From the human T2T-CHM13v2.0 reference genome, Homo sapiens: DNA of 64,000 nt. The stretch is taken from assembly GCF_009914755.1 (NCBI RefSeq), contig NC_060927.1; one strand, written 5' to 3'. Shown piece by piece: positions 32,520-49,000 of this stretch (the first letter of the stretch is position 1; every line of letters begins with the position of its first letter). The notes beneath the pieces were generated by a model. That model was not told where the DNA came from. It worked only from the letters and a program-made list of their open reading frames with translations, and searched no databases. The position numbers and the translations under genes were made by a program.

Positions 32520-33811
32520 GTGAGCGCCCGCCCACTCACTCGCCCGGGGCTCCGCAGCCAGGAGTCCGGCCCGGCGCTTCTCCAAGGCCTGAGTTGGGGC
32601 CCCCCTCGGCGCGATGGGACTGATGGCGGGGGGCGTGCGAAGCTGGGCCTGTCATCTCCCGAGGGCCAGCATTTGGAATTTCCCGCGTGTTGGCGGCGCG
32701 GGGAGTAGCACTGAGATCGGCAGCGGAAGGGTTAAGTCAGTGTAGACATTTTCCAAGGGCTGTGTCCTCAACGCCGCGGGGGCTCGGAAAGAGTTAAATT
32801 GAACTCGTCACATTTTTAAAGCGCTTGGGGATTGGGGTTTCCCTTGGGTTTGCCCAGTAGGGGCAGCCAAAGAGTTAAGTCCAGTCTGTCACTTTCCCAA
32901 AGGGTGGGATTTGGCAAATCCGTCAGCCGTACGAGAAAGCGTAAGCATTAAGAGCCTCTCTTAAGTTGCCACTTTGGACCAATAGACCCATTGTGAAAGC
33001 GGGAGACCAGTGTGAGCGCCTTCCTGAATTCTGTGGGCCGCTGGTCCCATCTAATTCAGTTACTTGTTTTCACCCGTCCCCCAGGCGCGGAGACCAAGCT
33101 GATTGCTGAGCTCCAGCTAGCCCACAATACATAGTATTTATTAAGCTAAGAGTTAATTGTCTTAAGCGACTAGATAAGATGGATCTGCAGTTAGCATAAA
33201 GTTAACTACCCTGCGAAAGAGGAGTTGGTCTTTAAATGGTGTTTTTCACTTGAAGAGAAAAGAAGGTACTGGGCAGGAACATAGCTTAGCAGGCCTAGGG
33301 AATGGGTGGAAGGAAAATTGCACTGAGGACTTACATAGAATGTGGTGTTTGTTCAGCAATGATTGAGTAGAAAGGTGATTGTTTCGTTTTGCTTGTTTGG
33401 TTGGTTGGGAAATAAATAGGAGTGAAAGATTTCGCCTCGATCTTTATTTAGAGCCCAAGAGTTGTTGTGACTCAGTTTTAGCTGGTAGTGGCTTGTACAC
33501 GCCAGGGGAGTTTTAGAACTGTTCTGAAGAGAGATGGCAGCAGTTCTTCCACCTTTTCGATGACTGTTGAAATCCTGAAGATTAGCTGTCCGACTGGTTA
33601 GGTTACACAAGATGATTCAAACACAGCTTTCATGTTTGAGAAAATAGGTAACTTGTGATTCTTAGTCCTTGCACTAATAAAGCAACAGGAATGAGTAAGT
33701 CTTGGAGAAAAAGAGATTAGCAGAAACCCCAAAGTCCTTTGAAGAATGATGTATATAAGGAAGATTTACCTGCTTGTTGTTCGGCTCCTTTTCTAGTAGT
33801 ATTATTATTAA

Positions 33812-34036
<225 letters not shown>

Positions 34037-35433
34037 TGATCCGCCCGACTCGGCCTCTTAAAATGCTGGGATTGCAGGTGTGAGCCACCGCGCCTGGCCT
34101 CCTATTGTAATATTATGATTTTTTGCGCTTGGAATGACTATCTTTCCGCAGGAATAGAAGAGTGGAATGTGTATCTAATACCACTAATTTTTTTTTTTTT
34201 TTTTTTTTTTTTTCTGGTAGAGACAAGATCTTCCTATGTTGCCAGGCCAGCCTTGAACTCCTGGGCTCAAGCGAGCCTCCTGCCTCGGCCTCCCAAAGTG
34301 CTGGCATTACAGGCATGAGCCACCGTTCCTGGCCTAATACCACTAAAATTAATGAGGAAACATGAACTTCGGGTTACATATTTATATTAGAATTTTTTTC
34401 TTTTCTTTTTTGGAGACAGGGTCTTGAGCTTTCACCCAGACTGGAGTGCAGTGGTGCAGTCGTAGCTCACTGCAGCCTCCAACTCCTGGGCTTATGTGAT
34501 CTTCCCTGTCTCAGCCTCCCAAGTAGCTGGGACTACAGGCATGTGCTACCACCATGGCTCGCTATTTATTTTTAATTTTTATTTTTTATAAAGACGGGCT
34601 CTTGCTATGTTGCCAGGGCTGGTCTTCAGCTCCTGGCCTCAAGCAGTCTTCCTGCCTTGGCCTCCCAGCATACTGGGATTATAAGCCTGCTAGAGCTTTT
34701 ATATAATATGGAAAAGATGAGGCATAAGCTTGAGTGAAGTTGAGCTCAGTTAACTGTAAATTTTCTCATATCCCCTTGAGATGAGAATTGGAGTCATCTT
34801 GTAAAACTTGCTCTTTGACAACATGGAATTAATGTTTCATGTGGATAGGTGTATTAATACAGCCAGTTGTATTTGTTGCAGTTGAGTTGTTATGCTTGGG
34901 AACTCTAAAAAGTTGAGCAAATCTTTGAGAAACTTCTTGGTGATTTTTATGCTTCTGTTTTCAGTAGACAGTGTAGCTTAATGAGCATGACCTTTGAAGT
35001 CAGACAGCCCTGGATTTGAAATCTGGCTCTGCCGCTTAGCAGCCTTACATCCTCTTTGAGTCCTTACTTTCCCATCTATTAAATGGAGGTAATGATATGT
35101 TTCTTACAGAGTTGCTCTAGGGATTAAATGACATGAAAGATGTTAAGTGGCTAGCACTCATACTGGCCCACAGAAGGGGATAGGTAGATGGTAACTGTTG
35201 TTATTTGTAATTGGGCGTACCTGTTTAATGCAGGAACGATGGCTTGAAAAATACTGAGAAGGGACTCAACTGGTATCATTTTCTACTTTGAATCACTGTA
35301 TCTATCCAGATGTGGGCTGCAGTAGTGGATTTATGGATTGGGGAAAGTAATCGCATCATGTGTTCCCCCCTGCCCCGCCCCCACCATTAGATTATTATAT
35401 TTAACAACAACAAAACTTCTGCAAAGCTGTTGA

Positions 35434-35796
<363 letters not shown>

Positions 35797-35839
35797 TAAT
35801 GGTGTGGGTAGCTTCAGTTAAGAAAAAAAAAGTCACAAA

Positions 35840-35978
35840 GATAAGGTGATGGATGTGTAATTAGCTTGAATTAGTCATTCCACACTGTAAACATGTATCA
35901 GAACATCTCATTGTACTCCATAAATGTATACAATTATGATTTGTCAATTAAAAGTAATATTAATTTAAAAAAGAAAAA
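35840..35978 (+). mobile_element. L1MA-type 3' end fragment
   Basis: ggtgatggatgtgtaattagcttga...catctcattgtactccataaatgtatacaattatgatttgtcaattaaaa plus A-rich tail. Confidence 0.75.
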
Positions 35979-37614
35979 AGACATCTGGGCTGTAATTGGC
36001 TGTGGCTTTTAAGATGCTGAAAGGGACCCCCTCAGTGAATTTCATACTTTTTTTTTTTTTAACCTCAAGGCTCTAACCTAACCCCTGATTCTTATAGAAT
36101 ATGTTGAGGATGTAGTGATTAAAATCCAAGTTAGTGATTAAAGATGATTTTAGAGATTTTTAGGTAGAAACAATGTGTCCAAAATAGTAAGTTTAGCCTT
36201 TTAAAAAATCAGCTGCACTTTTTGTATTGTATATAAAATATTTGCTTTATAGAATCAGAAATACAGATGTATTGAGTACTATGTGTCACTCTAGAAAGGT
36301 GACCATTTACTTATTCACATTTAAGAAGCGACTTCTCAGGTATGAAAAGCTTCAGCTGAAGCCAATTTTCTTTTTGTAAAAATCAACATTTTGTAAACAT
36401 TAAAATGTCACTACATGTGCCTTAAACATTAAGGAAGATTTAATAGATGTCATTTAACTTACTCAAAAGGTTCATGAGACTGAATTACTATTATATGTAG
36501 GGTTTGGTTTGAGTCTAAAAGATAATGCAGCTTAGTTACAGAATGCTCAGACTTAGAATGCCTTTCCTTAGGATTTTAAAACTGAAATGATACCTAATTT
36601 AATCCAGTTTTATGTAGAGACACTTGATATATGTAGTGTTCTCTTTTGTTTTGAACATTATAAAAAAGAAACACCCTAGTCTTGTCTTTTCTGATTAGTG
36701 TCAAGGAATGAAGTATTTTTTCCATTGCTAACTGTTCTGGCAGTTATTGCACAATAAGTCATATGCCTATATGTGTAATGTATATTGAGTAATCTTTATT
36801 TTTAACTGGGGCTTTTAGATATGTTATAGTTATTAAAAAATATCTAATAGGATTTGCCAAAATAATATAGGATAAATCTTATGGACATTATGTATTTTTT
36901 AAATGGAAGTATAAAAATTTGTCTACACTTTTGCACATTGTTGATACCTGAAAGGTTAATCCAAGGGAAAGTTTATTACTGCTGAGAATTAGGAAAAGAA
37001 GATATTTGGGAAGACTGTAGAAATATGAACCTAGAATCATTTTTTAAAGAGTTTGTAGAAACCTTGATTAAGTAGTCTAATTTTCCCCTCATTTTTTAGA
37101 TGTGGCTAGCAGATCCAGTGAGGTTAAGTGGAATTCCAAGGCAACAAAGCTAATTCGTAGCAGAGATAGAATTAGAATCTGGGGCCAGTGTACTTTCTAC
37201 TTTTCCCACCTCTTTAGATCCAGCTGAGGTTAGAACCATAGAACTGTGGATTGGGAGATCTTAATCCATTAAACATCTTTTTTGTATTTAATTTAATTTA
37301 AAAAATCAGCTGCAGTTTTTGTATCGTATATGAAATGTTTGCTTTATAGAATAAGAAATACAGACGTAATGAGTACTGTGTGTCTCTCTAGAGAGAGCAT
37401 TTTAAATCCAGGCATCTTAAGCATACTGACTAACATTTGAGGACTATATATTTATCTATGAACATGAATTAGGAGAAGGAATGATAATCTGTGGAAAGTA
37501 AGAGTGGAATATTATGTTTGGATATTTAAATAACTGGCTAACAGGCATTACTGAGTTGTTGAACTACTTTTAGTATCTTTAAAAAGCAGAGGGAGATCAA
37601 GACCATCCTGGCTA

Positions 37615-37908
<294 letters not shown>

Positions 37909-39091
37909 TCAGGAGTTTGAGACCAGCCTGACCAACATGATGAAACCCCATCTGTACTAAAAATACAAAAATTAGCCTGGCGTTACTCAGGAGGCTGAGG
38001 CAGGAGAATTGCTTGAACCTGGGAGGCGGAGGTTGCGTTGAGCCGAAATTGAGCGACTGCACTCCAGCCTGGGCAACAGAGTGAAAATCCGTCTCAAAAA
38101 AAAAAAAAAAAAAAAAGCAGAAATAATTTTGTATTTGATTGTATTGCTTATTATTTAATTTCTTTGGAGGTAAGAATGGCAAAAACCATTTTTAAAGAAA
38201 ATGGGCTGTGGTTCAAGTCTAGATGTTTTACACATCTGAAACTTGACTGGAGAAGCTAGTCTTCCAATAAGGTGGTCTTCAAGTATAGATTCTGAGTTGT
38301 GGAAAATGAGGCATCTTACAAAGGAACATCTCTACCTTCCATAAAGTTTTCTACCCTTCATCCCCGCTCCAATTATTTGTTTTTCCTTGCAGACCAAGAA
38401 TCTTGAAAGCCAAATGTTCTCATTAAGAAGCTGTTAGAGTGCAATAATGCATTCTAAATGCCTGTCTTAGAAGATATTTCACAAGTTAATGGATTTTTTA
38501 AGTTTTTCAAAGATATAGTAAGTGGATGGTTACTGAACATGGATACAAAATACATTGAACCTATAAAAAAGTTACTCAACTATTATTAAAAATTTTTTTT
38601 TCTGAATTTTTTTTGTGTTATCAAAACAATACAGGCTCATTAGCGGAGATGTGAAAAGAATAGTATAAGGTAGAAGAAGCCACTTATTTCTACCATCCAA
38701 GATTAACTACTGTCAACATTAAAAGCATTTCGTTTTTGTCTTCTTAATGTGTATATCCAGATGTCTTTTAAAAAGTTCTGAGATAATATTACTTATAATG
38801 CTTTATATTCTGGTTTAATTGTTACAGTGTATGCATTTTTCTATCTAAAACATTTTTCATGTCTTCATAGTTTATTCCATTGTGGTATGTCTTGTGGATA
38901 TGCCATAACATATTTGGTAATTCCCTTATTGGACATTTGAGGGATTTCCTATGTTTTCCTATTGTACTCAATTTGATCTGCACTTCCTGAGGATGTGTTC
39001 CAGAGTTGGTATTTCTGGGTCAAAAACGCATTTTATGTCATATGGCCAAATTGCTTTCCAGAAAGTGTACACTCCCACTGAGAAGGTCTGA

Positions 39092-39315
<224 letters not shown>

Positions 39316-39487
39316 TAAGCACTTTGTCCTCTGGTATTTTTTAGGACAAACATAGTTTTGTTGATGAAGTAGAACGGTATTTTAAAATTATCCTATTAGA
39401 TACTGCTCTGTTTGTGTTTAATATATTTTAAGAAGTTCCTTTTTATATTTCAGCAACTGCCAAGACTGATAACTATAGAGAACATAA

Positions 39488-39697
<210 letters not shown>

Positions 39698-41328
39698 TAA
39701 TCTCAGCATTTAGGGAGGCAGAGACAGGAGGATTACTTGAAGCCAGGAGTTGAAGACCAGCCTGGGCAACATAGTGAGGCCACATTCTCCACATTCTCTC
39801 TCTCTCTTTTTTGTTTTTCAGACAGAGTCTTGCTCTATCACCCAGGCTGTAGTATAGTGGCATGATCTTGGCTCACTGCAACCTCTGCCTCCTGGGTTCA
39901 AGTGATTCTCCTGCCTCAGCCTCCCAAGTAGGTGGGACTACAGGCACGTGCCACCACACACAGCTAGTTTTTGTATTTTTAGTAGAGACAGGGTTTCACC
40001 ATGTTGGCAAGGCTGACCTCGAACTCCTGACCTCAGGTGATCTGCCTGCCTTGGCCTCCCAAAGTACTGGGATTACAGGCGTGAGCCACTGCACCTGACC
40101 AAGGTCATATTCTCTTAAAAAAATATATATTTTTTTTTTTTTGTAGAGACTTCATCTCACTGTGTTGCTCAGCCTGGTCCCGGAACTCCTGGGCTCAAGA
40201 GATTCTCCTGCCTCAGCCTCCCAAAGTGCTGAGATTACAGGCAGGAGCCACCACGCCTGCCCCTGAGAACATAGTTCTTTTTTGTTGAGCTTCCCAGGCA
40301 AGCCATGTAAATATAAATACAGCTCATCCCCTTTACTTATCATGCTGCTATTTTGTTTTAGAAGTATTGGTAGATTGCATATTCCATAACCCTGATATAT
40401 TTCAGTATAATCCTTACCTAATCTTGGACCTATTATAGTGGGATGCTGCTTGCTTGCTTGTGTGTGTGTGTGTTTTTTTTTTTGGCGGGGGGATGGAATC
40501 TTGCTTTGTTGTCCAGGCTGAAGGGCAGTGGCATGATCTCGGTTGACTGTAACCTCTGCCTCCTGGGTTCAGATGATTCTCCTGCCTCAGCCTCTCCCCA
40601 GTAGCTGGGATTACAGGCTTGCGCCACTACGCCTGGCTATTTTTTGTATTTTTAGTAGAGATGGGGTTTCGCTACGTTGGCCAGGCGAGTCTTGAACTTC
40701 TGACGTCAAGTGATCCGCCCGCCTCGGCCCAGGCATGAGCCACCACGCCCAGCCTATGAACCTATATTCTTACTTCAGTATGCAAAATGTAGCATAATGT
40801 TAAGAATGAGGTTGCTTAAAATCTAGGCTACACACATAGTTAGGCCTGCCTTTTCTTCGCTCTTTTCTTTTTTTTCTTTTTCTTTTTTTGTTTTTGAGAT
40901 GGAGTCTCACTCTGTCATCCATGCTGGGAGTGCAGTGGCACGGGGATTCAAGTGATTCTCCTGCCTCAGCCTCCCGAATAGCTAGGACTACAGGCACCCG
41001 CCACCACGCCCAGCTAATTTTTGTATTTTTAGTAGAGACGAGGTTTCACCATGTGGGCCAGGCTGGTGTCAAACTCCTGTGATCTGTCCGCCTTAGCCTC
41101 CCAAAGTACTGGGATTACAGGTGTGAGCCACCGTGCCCGGCCACCATTTTCTTGAAAGCTCATTTTGTCCGGAGAATGTTTTAATGCCAATACATGGACT
41201 TCATCATTTGTAAATAGTTCTTATCAGAGGAAAATCTAGGAAAAGAAAGGAAACCTACATTTCTCTCCTTCATAATTTAGCTATTTCGTTTCTAGCTTTT
41301 GGCAATCTTATTTCAATAAAAAAATTAA

Positions 41329-41455
<127 letters not shown>

Positions 41456-41811
41456 TAGCTAGGGTTACAGGCGCACGCCACCATGGCCAGATAATTTTTG
41501 TATTTTTAGTAGAGACAGGGTTTCACGATGTTGGCCACACTGGTCTTGAACTCCTGACCTCAAGTGATCCACCCACCTCGGCCTCCCAAAGTGCTGGGAT
41601 TACAGGTGTGAGCCACTGCACCCAGCCTACCCGTTTCTTAAAAATATTAAATAGACGTTACAGGTTTTCATTAACCCTTATATGAATATTTTGGTTACTG
41701 CCATTATTTTCTACTCTTAAGTGACTGAAATGTTTAACTTTGGTTTTTGTCTTTTTTTCAGAGTTCCGGTAATTTCAGAAATGAAATGATTTGACTAGTT
41801 TTATCCTTTGA

Positions 41812-41943
<132 letters not shown>

Positions 41944-42186
41944 TGAGTAGCTGGGGCTACAGGCATGTGCCGTCATGCCCAGCTAATTAAAAAAATTTGT
42001 TTTTTTGTAGAGGTGGAATCTTGCTCTATTGCTCAGGCTGATCTTGAACTCCTGGGCTCAAGCTGTCCTCCTTCCTTGGCCTCCCAGTGTTGGGAGTACA
42101 GGCATGAGCCTGTACTGTGCCTAAGTCCTCCCATCCTTTCTGTAGTAGGTATTGCCCTAAGTTAGGATTGATCATATTCCCTATGA

Positions 42187-42587
<401 letters not shown>

Positions 42588-45363
42588 TAAGAACAGTCCC
42601 TGCCACATGACAAGCTCTTTAAATACTGAATGAATGAATGAATGAATAATAACAGCAAAGTATACCTACTCCATGCATGTTTAAACTAGGTGCAAGGCAT
42701 TGTGATAGATAACTTATAAATGTACCAGACAAGGTCATTTATGGTCGGGTATGTGCCATGTATAGGAGAGGAATATTAAGTGCCTTAAGATACAAAATGC
42801 TATTGGAATTCTCCCCTGACCCACCCCATTAAGACATTGGAGGAGTTTTATTTAGTAAGGCTGTTTGCTGAGTTTTGGTTGGACAGTGGCAGGAATGGCT
42901 TTTGAGCTGGGTTATAAGAGTAGAGGAATTTCATTTATTCAACAAATATGTCAAGCAGTGTTTTGGGCAGCATAAATATAATGGGGAGCAAAGCAGACAA
43001 TGTTCTTGCCCTTGTGGAACTGCCGATATCATGTGGGGAAAAAAAGATATTCAAGCAGGAACAGTGGGAAAAGCAAAGGCACAGCTGAGGGAAAGAAATT
43101 TTTTTGTTGGTTTAGGCATAACCTTAGTGAAGGAAAAAGAAACAAAGGCTGGAAAAGTAGATTCAGTCAGCTCCCACAGGGCCTTGACTGAGTGTGACAT
43201 TAGGCATGGAGGGCCACTGAAGGTTTTAATTCAGAGGAATAAGATAAGACCTGTGTTTCCGAAGGATTAATTTAGCAGCAATATAGAGACCATCCGCAAG
43301 GAAATTGGTTACAAGGTTATTACAGAGGTCTGGTTGAGAGACATTGAGGGAGACAGTTGGGGAGGAGGGGAAAGGTACGCATTATTATGGAAATAGGATG
43401 AGTACAATTTAGCAATTAAGTCAGAGGTACAGGACAAAGGGGAATTTGCAAAGACCCTTTTAAAGATTTGATTGAATGGTGGGGAATATGGTTGTACCAT
43501 CAGCAAACAGCAGTTACAGGGTGGGGAAGAAAGAATGGGTTTAGAAGAAAAAGGGATGATTTGAGTATAAATTGTATTACAGGCTGGGGCGTGGTGGCTC
43601 ATGCCAGTAACCCCAGCACTTTGGGAGGCTGAGAAGGGTGTGGATCCTTTGAGCTCAGGAGTTCAAGGCCAGCTTAGGCAACATAGTGAAACTCTGGTCT
43701 CTACAAAAAATAAAAAAATAAAAAAAATTAGCTGGATGTGCTGCTGCGTGTCTGTGGTCCTAGCTGCCGGGGAGGCATAGGTGATAAGGGGATGGCTTGA
43801 GTCCAGGAGGCTGCAGTGAGCCATGATGGTGCCACTGCATTCCAGCCTGGGCGACAGAGTGAGACCAGGTCTCCCCTGCACTGCACAGCACACCCCACAC
43901 CCCTGGAAAAAAAAGTGTTACATAATTAATGATATAAAGGGATGGCTGGTTGGAAATGACAGGCTATGAATGCTATATTTAAGTTCAGTGGCACAAAAAC
44001 TGAGAATTAACATTTCATCCAATTCCTAATTTTGTCTTCAGGAGTAGTAAGAGATACAGGAAGTAGTTGAGATCCATTCCTAGTTTCTCTTCAAAAGAGT
44101 GGGTTGTAGGATCTTTTATTTCTACTGATTGCTGTCACTTACCGTACCCTGCTGATGACTCGTTTTGCCAATGTTTTGGACACAAGGACTAGGCAGAATG
44201 TTCTCCACTCCTCAGGATTGCTGTTGGGCTATCTTGATTTATTTGTGTATTTATGTACATGAATCTGTGGCCAGAATGCAGTCTGCCCAGAAGAGGTCTT
44301 TAATAGCTGGGATGAAGGCTGTATATTCAGAGTGGGTCAGATTCGTTTGCAGGCTGGGAAGCCTTTGCTGTCGAATTCGAAGAGTAATTTTTCTGTTTCT
44401 GGAAAGTGCCTGGCTTAGGTTTGTATAGTGACTTTCTACTGAAGAGAAAATTTTCTAGGTGTGATTTGTGTGCTTTAAATCTAAAGGATATTTGATTTCT
44501 TGACATTTAAGTTGGGATTTTTCTTTGGTGCCAGGTAAACACGTAGATAGTGTTAGAGTATCATTTTTCTTCTACTCAGATTACATTACTGATCATTTTA
44601 CTGTGTGGTTGAAAAGACAAAGTGTGATCCTTGGTCCTCATAGCCCAGTTAGGTTCTTTGATATCTGCTTAGAGACTCATTTAGAGCAGTCTAATAATGG
44701 ATTTATAGTGCTCACAGATAGCAGTTCATTTTGGAACATGCGGACATTACCATAAAACAAGTTAGGAAATGGCTGTTCCACCTTCACTATGTCATTCTTT
44801 TTGTTGAGATGGAGTCTCGCTCTGTCTCCCAGGCTGGAGTACAGTGGCATGATCTCAGCTCACTGCAACCTCCGCCTCCCAGGTTCATGCGATTCTTGTG
44901 CCTTCACCTCCCAGAGTAGCTGGGACTGCCGGCACACACCACCACGCTTGGCTAATCTTTGTGTTTTTGGTAGACACAGGGTTTCGCCATGTTGGCCAGG
45001 CTGGTTTCAAACTCTTGACCTCAGCTGATCTGCCCACCTCAGCCTCCCAAAGTGTTGGGATTACAGCCATGAGCCACTGCGCCTGGCCTACTATGTTATT
45101 CTTTAGGCTAGTTAACATATAGTTCCTAGACATCCTATTTTATGTAATCATCCTTTCCTCCCATTTCCAATACAAAGAACGTTCAGTAAAAATTATTTCA
45201 TTTAATTAATGAAACACATCTGATCTTTTTATTTATTTATTTTTTTTTTGAGACAGTCTCATTCTGTTGCCCAGACTGGAGTGCAGTGGTGCAGTCTTGG
45301 CTCACTGCAACCTCTGCCTTCTGGGTTCAAATAATTCTCTGCCTCAGCCTCCCTAAGTGCTGA

Positions 45364-45642
<279 letters not shown>

Positions 45643-45667
45643 TGATCTGCCTGCCTCGGCCTCCTAA

Positions 45668-46091
<424 letters not shown>

Positions 46092-49000
46092 TAGTGGCGT
46101 GATCTTGGCTCACCGCAGCCTCTGCCTCCTGGGTTCAAGTGAACTTGATTATTTTATAAAATGTTTTCACGTAAGGCATTATATTATTCTTTTGGCCCTC
46201 TTGCTTTAAGTAGACATTTACTGATTTATGTAAGATAAACAAAGATTAAGTGACACAGTTAATTGTCATTTGGGTCTGAAATTCAATTCCAATTCAGTCT
46301 GAAGTGTACTGTTCCATAAAATAGATGAGTTATGAGGAATCTGGGTTCCATTTTTACACATCCTTTAGGGTCTTGCTTTGACTCCTGATAAATCTAATTC
46401 TTCCGCCTCCTGTCACTGAAATTAGTTTGGAAGCTGGGCATGACTTTATAGTGTTCCATGTGCATTTTTTGCTTTCTTTGGCTCTTTGTGCCAAGTGTTT
46501 TAAGTCTACTCTACTAGCTGTTAGTACTACCCTATGTTATCTTTCCTAGGAACACTTACAAATTTTAGTATTTATTCTGGCAGGATTTGGAAAGGGGATT
46601 TAAATTAGCTAGTGAAATTACAGCAGAATGGCTGTGGGCAGAAGGATAGAGGAAGTAGGCCTTTGAAGTAAATGTTAGATTGTGGTAATGATGGAGACTG
46701 AGACGCCCAAGATACCAATTGATTTTCTTTGCCTGTGATGCTTGTTTTTGTCCGCTGGTACTCCTTTCCCCCTAGATGGCACTGTCTTACTCATCGTTCA
46801 GGTCCCAGGTCTGTAAAACTTTGCCCTAACTCGTCTCCTCACAGCACTTGATCAAAATTATATTTATCTGTGCAAATTATCTGTTCATTGGTCTCTACCT
46901 TCAGACAACAACCTTTCAATATTTATGGCCTTTAAATGAAGCAGTGTGCCTACTGCTCTGTAATTGTTGACTTAAATAGAGTAAAACAGTATAGGGTAAT
47001 GTTTAAGTATGTGGGATCAGGCAGGCCTAAATTTAAATTCTGGATATGCCAGAATTCTGTGACCTCCTCAAAGCTTCAGTTTCCTCATTGGGGATTTGGG
47101 CATGAGAATACTTGCCCCATGAGCTCATGGTGAGGTAAGACAGTTGGCACAGTGACTGGCATAGAATGAGTACTCCTTAGGTGGTAGGTTGATGTGATAT
47201 TCGGGGGTTAGGGCAGGATCATGTGCTCTACTAGATGCTAGATGAAGTGGAACCCCCTCACCTTTCACGTGAGCACTGAGTGGGAATTCAATTTCAGAAG
47301 GTAATGAAAGTTCCTGAGTTTCAGAGTAGAAGTGTACTGGGCACAAGGGACCAGTTTTTAATTTTCTCTTTTTTTTTTTTTTTTTGAGATGAAGTCTCAC
47401 TCTATCACCCAGGCTGGAGTTCAGTAGTTTGATCTTGGCTCACTGCAAACCTCTGCTTCCTGGGTTCAAGCAATTCTCCTGCCTCAGCCTCCCAAGTAGC
47501 TGGGACTACAGGCATGCACCACCATGCCTGGGTAATTTTTGTATTTTTAGTAGAGACAGGGTTTCACCATGTTGATCAGGCTGGTCTCAACTCCTGATCT
47601 CAAATGATCCACCCGCCTTGGCCTCCCAAAGTGTTGGGATTACAGGCGTGAGCCACCATGCCCAGCCCTTTTTTTAATTTTTAAAAACTTTTTATTTTTT
47701 GTGGCGACAGGATCTCACTGTGTTGCCCAGGCTGGTTCAAACTCCCGGCCTCAAGTAATCTCCCACCTCAGCCTCCCAAAGTGCTAGGATTACAGGCACG
47801 AGCCACTGTGCCTAGCCTGGTTTCTGATTCTGATTCTTCTTTTTAAATCTTCTTTCTTTGCTCACTATTATTATATTTTAATGGTTTCTGATTCTTGAAG
47901 GTTTTCTGTCATTTTGAGAGAGAAACTAAAATGAGAGGTTTTTGTTGTTGTTGTTGGGGATTTTTTTTTTTTTCGGTGCCATAACCCATCCTAGATGTGC
48001 TAGGATGTTAGGGGCAACTTGGTGAAAAATTTACTGGTTTATTTGGGTTTTTCTTCTGCTGATAAATTTGGTTGTAGTTAATAGTTTTGGCTTGGTGGAA
48101 GAGATGGTGATTGCTCTAAGTTTTTTTTTTTTTTTTTCACCAGAGTAGAAGACTAGCAGAGCATCTATTTACAACCTCTCAATTTATCATGGAGTTTGTA
48201 TTTTGTTGTTCAGCAGTCTAACATTGACTTCAAGCTTTTGTACAAATAATGACTCTCGTTCATTTGCCAACAAATAACTGCCAAATGCCTGAGGCATTAC
48301 ACTAAAGTGGAAAATCACTTTTAGGGCTTTTAAGTTTAAACTTAGGTTCAAATTCCAGTTTTGCCACTATTTAGCTGTGTGTATGTGACCTTGTGACCTT
48401 GACCTCAAGTTTTCTTTTCTGTAATACGAGGCCAGAGTAAAATGAGTAATGCTGAGCTATTATCATTATTATTTTTAAATAGTATAAGCCAATTACATAT
48501 GGCTTAGCTAATAAGGATGTGTTGTTGATGCAGTCATCACATGTGATTGAAAAGCATTCCTGTCACTCCAACTTCTTACTGCGCTTACTGCACCTGCCAC
48601 ACTCCCCACCCTGATGATAGTAAGTGGAATTTTAGGCAGCTACTGAATAAATAATGATTTTACTATCTAGAAGGCACTGCAGTTTGGAACCTGAGAAGTG
48701 TACAGTGACTTAGTATTTTATGACTGTCCATCATTTTAAGAGTTGAGTTTCACTGTGAAACAATGTCGAAAGCACTGACTGGACTAATGGAGTGGCTTTA
48801 CAGTGCTTACTGTTTCTTCAGTAATACCCAGAGAGAGCTGCAGTGTGGAGGAGCCGGTGAAAGAATGTATTCAGCCCATGGCATTCTCTGCAGCCACACC
48901 ACTGTACTGCCAGGATCACTTGAGAAACAGATGTCTCTACTGATATATAAGCAGACAGCTAAAAGATTCCATACACTGTAGTTTAAAATGATTTTAGGGA

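Larger units (their letters stand above)
32080..32800. promoter_or_regulatory. ARL8B: CpG island promoter and 5'UTR of ARL8B
   Basis: Dense CpG and GC; reverse CCAAT (ATTGG 32153-32157), GC boxes (gggcggg, gggcgtgg), ETS-like gcttcctg near 32237; no TATA box seen. Confidence 0.92.

Noticed and set aside
31901-32585. 212-aa and 199-aa antisense ORFs over ARL8B exon 1
   Set aside because: GC-rich CpG-island and antisense shadow ORFs with no homology evident.
32268-32708. 146-aa ORF implying an N-terminally extended or intron-reading ARL8B
   Set aside because: Starts at a non-ATG codon and runs through the splice donor; ARL8B needs its acetylated N-terminal Met-Leu for lysosome targeting.
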